DNA of 62,651 nt, the filler included, from Dirinaria sp. TL-2023a (Eukaryota), in NCBI GenBank assembly GCA_051941275.1. It is 10 parts of 10 records of this genome, joined end to end, with 100 filler letters (N's around TTAATTAATTAA, not from the genome) between each part and the next. Parts side by side here need not be neighbours in the genome. Positions count along the whole stretch, not along the records: positions 56,512 to 62,651 come from JAVEBF010001528.1; 9 more parts are not named here. One strand, written 5' to 3'. Numbering within the stretch: position 1 is the stretch's first letter; the number at the start of each line of letters is the position of its first letter. The notes under the pieces are model-generated. The model saw nothing but the letters and a program-made list of their open reading frames with translations, made no database searches and was not told where the DNA came from. The translations under genes and the position numbers were made by a program. Positions 56,604-62,651 of the stretch are shown here, piece after piece.

Positions 56604-58465
56604 TTACCTCCGACCCAATTGCCACCGCGCGATCCGTTCCTGGATTTCCCCCCACTCGAACCCTTTCCCGCCCCGGGCCGTCAGCCCTTCTCGCTCGCCC
56701 TCCTGCAACACCACCGTCGGTGCTCCGCTGCCTTGCCCCACATTCGCCACTTTCCCCTCGACCACCGCCTTGGCCACGCGTCTCAGGTCCGCGACGGTCA
56801 GGTCGTCGATCTTGCGGCACATCTCCCTCACGCCGACTTTCCGCCCGTGGACCTGGACCTGCCGGCCCAGATCCTCGAGCTCCACCATGCGCGACTCGAG
56901 GTTCATCAGCAAGCTGCTCCGCAGCTGGTTCTTGGCGCGGCGCACCTCCGTCTCCTGCAGGCCCGCGTGGCCCGAGTCCAGAGTCAGGCTCTGCAGCTCG
57001 CGGCACATGACTTCCAGCATCTGCGTCACGCGCTGCGGCGTGCAGCTCGCGCTGATGCCGAACAGGCCCGAGTCGGTGTAGGAGTGGTTGAACGCCACGC
57101 ACGACTCCACCCACCCGTATTGGTTCAGCACGTTCATGTACAGCCGCGAGTACATCCCCTTCCCCGGCCCGCCGGCGCTGAAGGAGCCGCCGCCTCCGAG
57201 CAGCGTTTGGAGCGTGGCCAGTGCGTAGATGTCGTCTGACGCGATGGGGATGGCTTCGAATGCGAGATGGATGTGGGATAGGTGCGGCAGGGCTGGGTTG
57301 GCGGGAGGAGGGCGGGCTGGCAGCGAGAGGAAGCCGCCGGTGTAGTGGGATGGAGCGTTTAGGTCGAAGGGAGTGGAGGGGGTGATATCGGATACGGAGG
57401 CGTGGTGGGAGGCGGAGGTGGAAAGGTTCTTGAGGAAGGGAATGGATTGGAGCAGGCGGGACGGTTGGGATGGAGGCGTCGATGTTGTACTAGAGGGTGT
57501 GGTGTAACTTGAGGAGGAGGAGGATGAGGAGGGCGAGGATGAGCGGCTGGACGGATTGGAGTCGGTGAAGGAGGTTTCCAGACCGGTACCTGACAGAAGT
57601 GGCGAAGAGTTGCCAAGCATGTCGCCGAAGTATTGCTGGGTTAGTTTCAGCGCAGCGTCGTGAGAGACGCCCGCGAAAGCGACGACCATTCGTTCCGGCC
57701 GGAAAAAGGTTCTCCGATATCGGTTCACGACGTCCCTATTGATGTATTGGAGGCGTTCTTGGGGGCATAGAAGTGGGTTTCCCAGGGTGTTGTCCTTGTA
57801 TGCAGCCACGTTAACGAGCTCCGGCAGTATCAGTTCCGGCTTTGCCCAGATCTCCCCGATTTCATACTCTGCTGTTTCAAGCTGCTGTTGGACCTCTTGA
57901 TCTGTGATCTTGGGCTCTCGGATTGTTTCCGCCAAGAGCCCGAGCGTTGTCGGTACGGATGAATTGAAGCTTGCCGACTGATACATGAGGGATTCCCTTG
58001 ACGAAGCGCATTGTATGTTTCCCCCTAAGGTCTCCAAAGATTCAAGCATTTCGTCGGAGGTCCTGGAGCTGGTTGACTATAATAGGGTTGTGAGAACTGG
58101 ATATGCCTCTTGCAATACCGATGACAGACCTTGAAAGCCAGCCTATCCACAATATGACTGACGCCCGAAAGCTCCTTATCTTCGAAGCGGGAGCCAGCAT
58201 CGAGATAGACGCCCACACCTGAGAACGGACCGGGAAGAGATTCGGTGGCGACGCGGATTCCGTTCGGAAGGGTGGTGATCTGGTCCAACTCTGTGGGATC
58301 CTATCGCAACTGAGATCAATAATGGCTGTTTTGGCCGGTTTAAAAGCCTACCTTTTGCCCCGGATCAATCGCGGTCGCGAACGACCTTGATGGTATTGGT
58401 CCACTTAAGGCTCGCCTTAACACTTTGGCAGAATTTCCAGCCAGGAGGCATCTTCTACTCTGCAT
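56604..58465 (-). CDS. MAS2: Mitochondrial processing peptidase alpha subunit
   Basis: Presequence MQSRRCLL..RSFATA; ITTLPNGIRVATE; non-catalytic SHIVDRLAFK; glycine-rich loop GGGGSFSAGGPGKGMYSRLY; introns 58301-58351 and 58077-58129. Confidence 0.96.
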
Positions 58466-59784
58466 GACTTTGACCTTTAACGATGCGGGATTTCTTGGGC
58501 TTGGATATTGAAGCAAAATTCTCGAGTATCAAATCGCATGGTCGGTTAAACATCGGTTGAACCTTTCCAGCTAGCGTGCGACTCCATGCTCCCCCTAGGT
58601 ACTCTCGGTACTTTACCTTTACAAAGCGTGCTTCGTTTCTCCAACTCAGTACCTCAGTCATGTCCTTTTATCTTTTCCGTCGGTTAGACATTATTAGATC
58701 GCCTAAAGGCGGTCGTCGTCATCATCGGGACTTCATCGCTGCCTCTTTCTTCTGGCATCTATTACGAATGCTTTCCTACCTCGATCGGCCATTGTCATTC
58801 CTCCTGTACTGATGCCGCTTGTTAGCACATCGTAAGTTTAAGGAGAGGAAAATGCTTTTCAGTGCATCTCGCTATTTACGCTCCGCCGAGGACCAGCTTC
58901 TTATCTTCTATGCATGGCGAACGTCAAGTGTTTTATTACATTTGACCCTCTTAGTGCGATCTTCTACCATCAATGTTCTCGTTTCCTACGCTGTAGTGAA
59001 GCTCTCCACCAAATTAGCCCTGCTTCTCATTCTCCGAGCTTGACTCTCTGCTTGGACTTTTTGGCGATATGCCATCCTTGCGTCGTCTACCACCACAGAG
59101 ATTTCGGTTCCTGCGCCTCTTGCTCGTCTCGGAGAGAATCGCCGATAGATGCAGAGCACCCCACTTGTTCACTAAATCCCCCGGTCAGAAATATTATCAA
59201 GGTACATACGTAATGGCCCAATTAGGGTGACAAATGAAGCATTAGGCTTCTTTATGTAAGCACGGTAAGTAAAGCAACGTGAAGTAATTACATGTAGTAA
59301 AGTCGTCTCTACCTTAGTTGCATTCTCTTGGCATGCACTGTAACGTCTTTATGCATATCGGGGCGATTTGATGCTCGATGGGACTCAAACTCCGTACATA
59401 TAGCACTCGGCCCGTGCTAAACAGTGTCTTGGGATAGGCTGGATCTGGGAACGATGCAGAGGACTAAAAGCATGCATCGACTGCCCAAAGGTTGCGATCG
59501 TAAGACACTCTGGATCTGCGATCTGATTCGCTAGGTGCTAGAGACATGATGCGTTATTCTCCATGGTCCATTGTGGAATATTAGCTCCAAAGCTACTTTA
59601 TGGAATGACTCGGTGTCTTCACTTCGCTCGAAGAACAGGCCGGTAAATACTCGGCCACCCCTCGTCAGCAGCTCCCGCTTTGCAAACTCATCGCTCCAAC
59701 GATTACGCTGCATCGAGGAAACACCTAGTCCGCACATTACGTGTAAGAAGATACTTACAAAGCTCAGAGCGATCCATCTAAAAA

Positions 59785-61491
59785 ATGTTGGCTTTTCAGC
59801 TCGCAGCAGTATTTGCTATCATTGAAAGCCTGGGCTCTTTCGCTCACGGCTGGGCGCCGATATCCAATATCTTTCCCTACCAGAAGAGAAACGTTCATCA
59901 GGAATTGTCACCTTATAACGGCGAAGGGAACTGGCTAGGCTGGGGTGCGAATGTGTACAACAACCGTGTGGCTTCACCACGGGCGAAAATAAATACGTCT
60001 AATGTAGTCTCTCTGCACTCAACCTGCCAGAAAGAATATGCCGTGGGCGTCAGTGCCGCGCCACTTGTCGTCAATGGTATCGCATATTTCCCAACTTGGG
60101 GTGGACTTCTGGTCGCTCTGGACTATTCCAGATGCAGGGTTCTCTGGCAGATCAATATCACTGACATAGTGCAAGCCTACAAGCCTGTCCCAGAAGCGTT
60201 TCAACGTGTCGTCACACCAGTATCACGCACAACTCCAGCCATAGACGGAAATGTGCTGTTTGTGGGCACACTGGCGAACGCTCTTCTGCTCGCTGTTGAT
60301 CGGCGAGATGGGAAACTCATAGACACAGTACAGATTAACAACCATCCCTTTGCTATCGTAACTATGTCGCCAACCGCCTGGCTTGGCCGTATTTTTGTAG
60401 GAGCCGCCAGTGGAGAAGAATCAGCAGCGGCGCTAATCCCGAATTATACATGCTGCTCATTCGTAGGCAACATGGATGGTCTGGCGTTCGAACGCAACCG
60501 CTTCAGATTATTATGGAGTCAGAGCATGATTCCCGCAGGATCAAATTTCTCCGGTGCTGCTATCTGGGGGTCCCAGCCTTCTATCGATCCTACACGAAAC
60601 CAAGTTTTTGTTGGCACCGGCAATGTTTATTCTGTTCCTCCATCGTATACGGCCTGCCAGAACCAGACGGTGAATAGTACCGCCTCTACTCAGTCGGCCA
60701 ATGCCAGCGACCCCTGTGCACCGTCAGGCCTGTACCAGGAGACTATTCTGGCATTTGACACTTCTACCGGCCGTATCAACTGGTTTCACGAATTGAGCCC
60801 CCTCGACGCTTGGACCGTAGCGTGTGTACCAAATTACCCCGGTGCTAGCCCAAATCCCGGCGCTTGTCCAGTTAATCCAGGTCCTGACGCAGATTTTGGT
60901 ATGGCACCATCATTCGTACCCCGTTCCAGCAGCACACCGTCCAAGGAAGACACCATCGTAGTGGGCCAGAAGAATGGCAACCTTTACGCATTGTCTGCTG
61001 AGTCCGGTGCGCTCTTCTGGGCCACAGCCACCGGCCCTGATGGAAGCGAAGGCGGATTAATCTGGGGCGTGGCTGTCGACGCCAATGCGGTCTACTACAA
61101 TACAGTCAATACCCAGCGTGTACCATGGAAACTCCTTGATGGCACCAAGATCTCGAACGGGGCATTTGGCTCGTTGTCTTTGAGCACGGGGAAAATCCTC
61201 TGGGAGGCTCCGGTGCCGCGCAACGGCTCATCGTACGTGATACCTACGGTCGTCAACGACGTCGTCATTATTGGTCTCGGGGGCACCCCCGACCCCAACG
61301 ACAGATTTGAGCCTCGCGGTCCGGGTAGCCTTATTCCGCTGAACAAGCATACTGGCGCTGTCATCGAGGAAACGGTGCTGGACGCATTCTTCCAAGGTGG
61401 CATCGCGGCTGTGCATGACTACGTATTGTTTGGGACTGGATACAACGGCCGAGTGAACGGGTCATTCAATGTGTGGAAAATATGTAGCTGA
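59785..61491 (+). CDS. Secreted quinoprotein-alcohol-dehydrogenase-like beta-propeller (polyvinyl-alcohol-dehydrogenase-like), 568 aa, intronless
   Basis: Signal peptide and KR; WLGWG..NNR; repeated A-x-D-x-x-T-G-x-x-x-W blades (AFDTSTGRINW, ALSAESGALFW, LSTGKILW); SRTTP; vicinal CCSFVG; GAAIWGS; GPDADFG; GQKNG. Confidence 0.85.
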   Translation: MLAFQLAAVFAIIESLGSFAHGWAPISNIFPYQKRNVHQELSPYNGEGNWLGWGANVYNNRVASPRAKINTSNVVSLHSTCQKEYAVGVSAAPLVVNGIAYFPTWGGLLVALDYSRCRVLWQINITDIVQAYKPVPEAFQRVVTPVSRTTPAIDGNVLFVGTLANALLLAVDRRDGKLIDTVQINNHPFAIVTMSPTAWLGRIFVGAASGEESAAALIPNYTCCSFVGNMDGLAFERNRFRLLWSQSMIPAGSNFSGAAIWGSQPSIDPTRNQVFVGTGNVYSVPPSYTACQNQTVNSTASTQSANASDPCAPSGLYQETILAFDTSTGRINWFHELSPLDAWTVACVPNYPGASPNPGACPVNPGPDADFGMAPSFVPRSSSTPSKEDTIVVGQKNGNLYALSAESGALFWATATGPDGSEGGLIWGVAVDANAVYYNTVNTQRVPWKLLDGTKISNGAFGSLSLSTGKILWEAPVPRNGSSYVIPTVVNDVVIIGLGGTPDPNDRFEPRGPGSLIPLNKHTGAVIEETVLDAFFQGGIAAVHDYVLFGTGYNGRVNGSFNVWKICS

Positions 61492-62072
61492 GGTGTGAAA
61501 GCTTGACCTGTATTTAAGGAGTCGGCAGAGTAAGGTATGCGGTGGAATCTTGATAGTTTGAGTCCGCGTAGCTTCTCAACAATAGCAGAGGCAGGGCTAC
61601 CAAAAAGCACCTTGTTTCAATCTCCTCATCGTGCCGGCAATAAACAGTTCAGGACCAAGTCGGTAGGATCTCAAACACGAGCTTCCTTGTACCAGTACCA
61701 CAAGTGTGGCGAAGAGACAAGATTCTCGATAGAAATTGCAGGCAGGTACTCGTACACGGACTATGTAAATTTTGATCAGCGCTGCGATACCGTGACGTCC
61801 GCCCTGTGGTAGGAATGCTTTCGGGGATTTCCGTATCATGAAGTAATTGTTCTGCAGTTAAAAATTGCAGGATAGCAGCACATAGAATACCCACCTTATC
61901 TTGAGGTAGGAACTAGGAAGCAGTATCTGTACATTAGAGTTTAGCCAGCGGTCGAGGGGTATCGTAAAGTCCCATCAACTCCGGCCGAGGCGGGCGGTCA
62001 CGGATGGTAATGCGGCACAAAGTTGATCCGGCCATCAACGGGATAGCATTATTATTGTAATCTGGGTCGGGG

Positions 62073-62651
62073 TGTTGACGCATCCGTTTCTCTCAATATA
62101 AATATCGTCATTCTCACGCTCTTTTTTTAAGTTGTCTCTCACATTTCTCTCATCGTTGCGTCTGACACATTTTTTTTCTGATCGATGTCGCTCGCTCGCT
62201 CGCTCAGCTGTCGGTTTCGCGTATTCGTGTCGATGATTTCTGTAAGATCGTATGCGTCGGTTACTCGCCGACGCAGTATTTATGTGAAAGACGTGGCAGT
62301 GTAATAGATTATATGATTATCTGGTACTGTAGTTTCTGCTAGAACTAATCACTAAGAACTCTTCTCTCGAAAAAATAAGTGATTCTCTATACTTAATCGC
62401 GAGCGTTAATATTGTCTTATCATGACGAGTTTCGCGCTGACGAGTCACGAGCGCTCGTAAACACAATGCTCTATAAACGTCAACTGCTTATTGATTTTTA
62501 GTCAGTCTCGAAATTCAATCTTTCGACGCTTATTTTTAAACGACGCTAATCATGCTTCAGACCTCAAAGAATTGTCTCTAAGCATCTTCGACTGCTAAAC
62601 GACGCTAGTCTGCATTAATCAATATATATCAATGTATCAGGTATCACTGTT
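62073..62651. mobile_element. Probable mutated repeat/transposon relic at contig end
   Basis: Abrupt compositional switch near 62085: only about 7 CC/GG dinucleotides in 62101-62651 while CG stays frequent; no ORF; begins near TGTTGAC (LTR-like TG start, speculative). Confidence 0.5.

Noticed and set aside
1..62651. tRNA, rRNA, snRNA, riboswitch or group I intron
   Set aside because: None recognised by eye; a covariance-model search (tRNAscan-SE, Infernal) is needed to exclude them.

Overview
This window is not one locus. It is ten unrelated ~6.1-6.2 kb contigs of a filamentous ascomycete (Pezizomycotina; the orphan secreted-protein families and repeat-mutation pattern suggest a lichen-forming Lecanoromycete, which is inference). 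They are joined by nine identical 100-nt artificial linkers (N44-TTAATTAATTAA-N44) in strictly descending length order (6210, 6209, 6202, 6191, 6182, 6165, 6161, 6148, 6143, 6140 nt), so adjacency is meaningful only within a contig. Genes have short GT-AG introns with CTRAY-like branch points. Recognisable products: an atypical Lig4-like ATP-dependent DNA ligase, a CYP52-clan P450, a tandem pair of secreted S53 and S10 peptidases, CBP3, AIM6, ESF2, NMD3, ATP25, a METTL4-like MT-A70 methyltransferase, a Zn2Cys6/DUF3425-like regulator, ERG1, a BAR-SH3 protein, VMS1, FDH, MSO1, CWH41, MAS2 and a secreted PQQ-type beta-propeller, plus several orphans. Best leads: (1) an ATP25 reduced to its N-terminal RsfS-like half with no room for the ATP9-mRNA-stabilising half; (2) a DNA ligase with KYDGEY in place of KxDGxR and one degenerate BRCT-like module; (3) a repeat-like tail nearly devoid of CC/GG but rich in CG, i.e. 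a non-canonical RIP-like signature; (4) a convergent pair of spliced orphan genes that look like distant paralogues; (5) FDH with two in-phase 5' donors giving mitochondrial vs cytosolic isoforms from one ATG. No CRISPR array, tRNA, rRNA or intact transposase was recognised. All calls come from motif recognition by eye; no searches were run.
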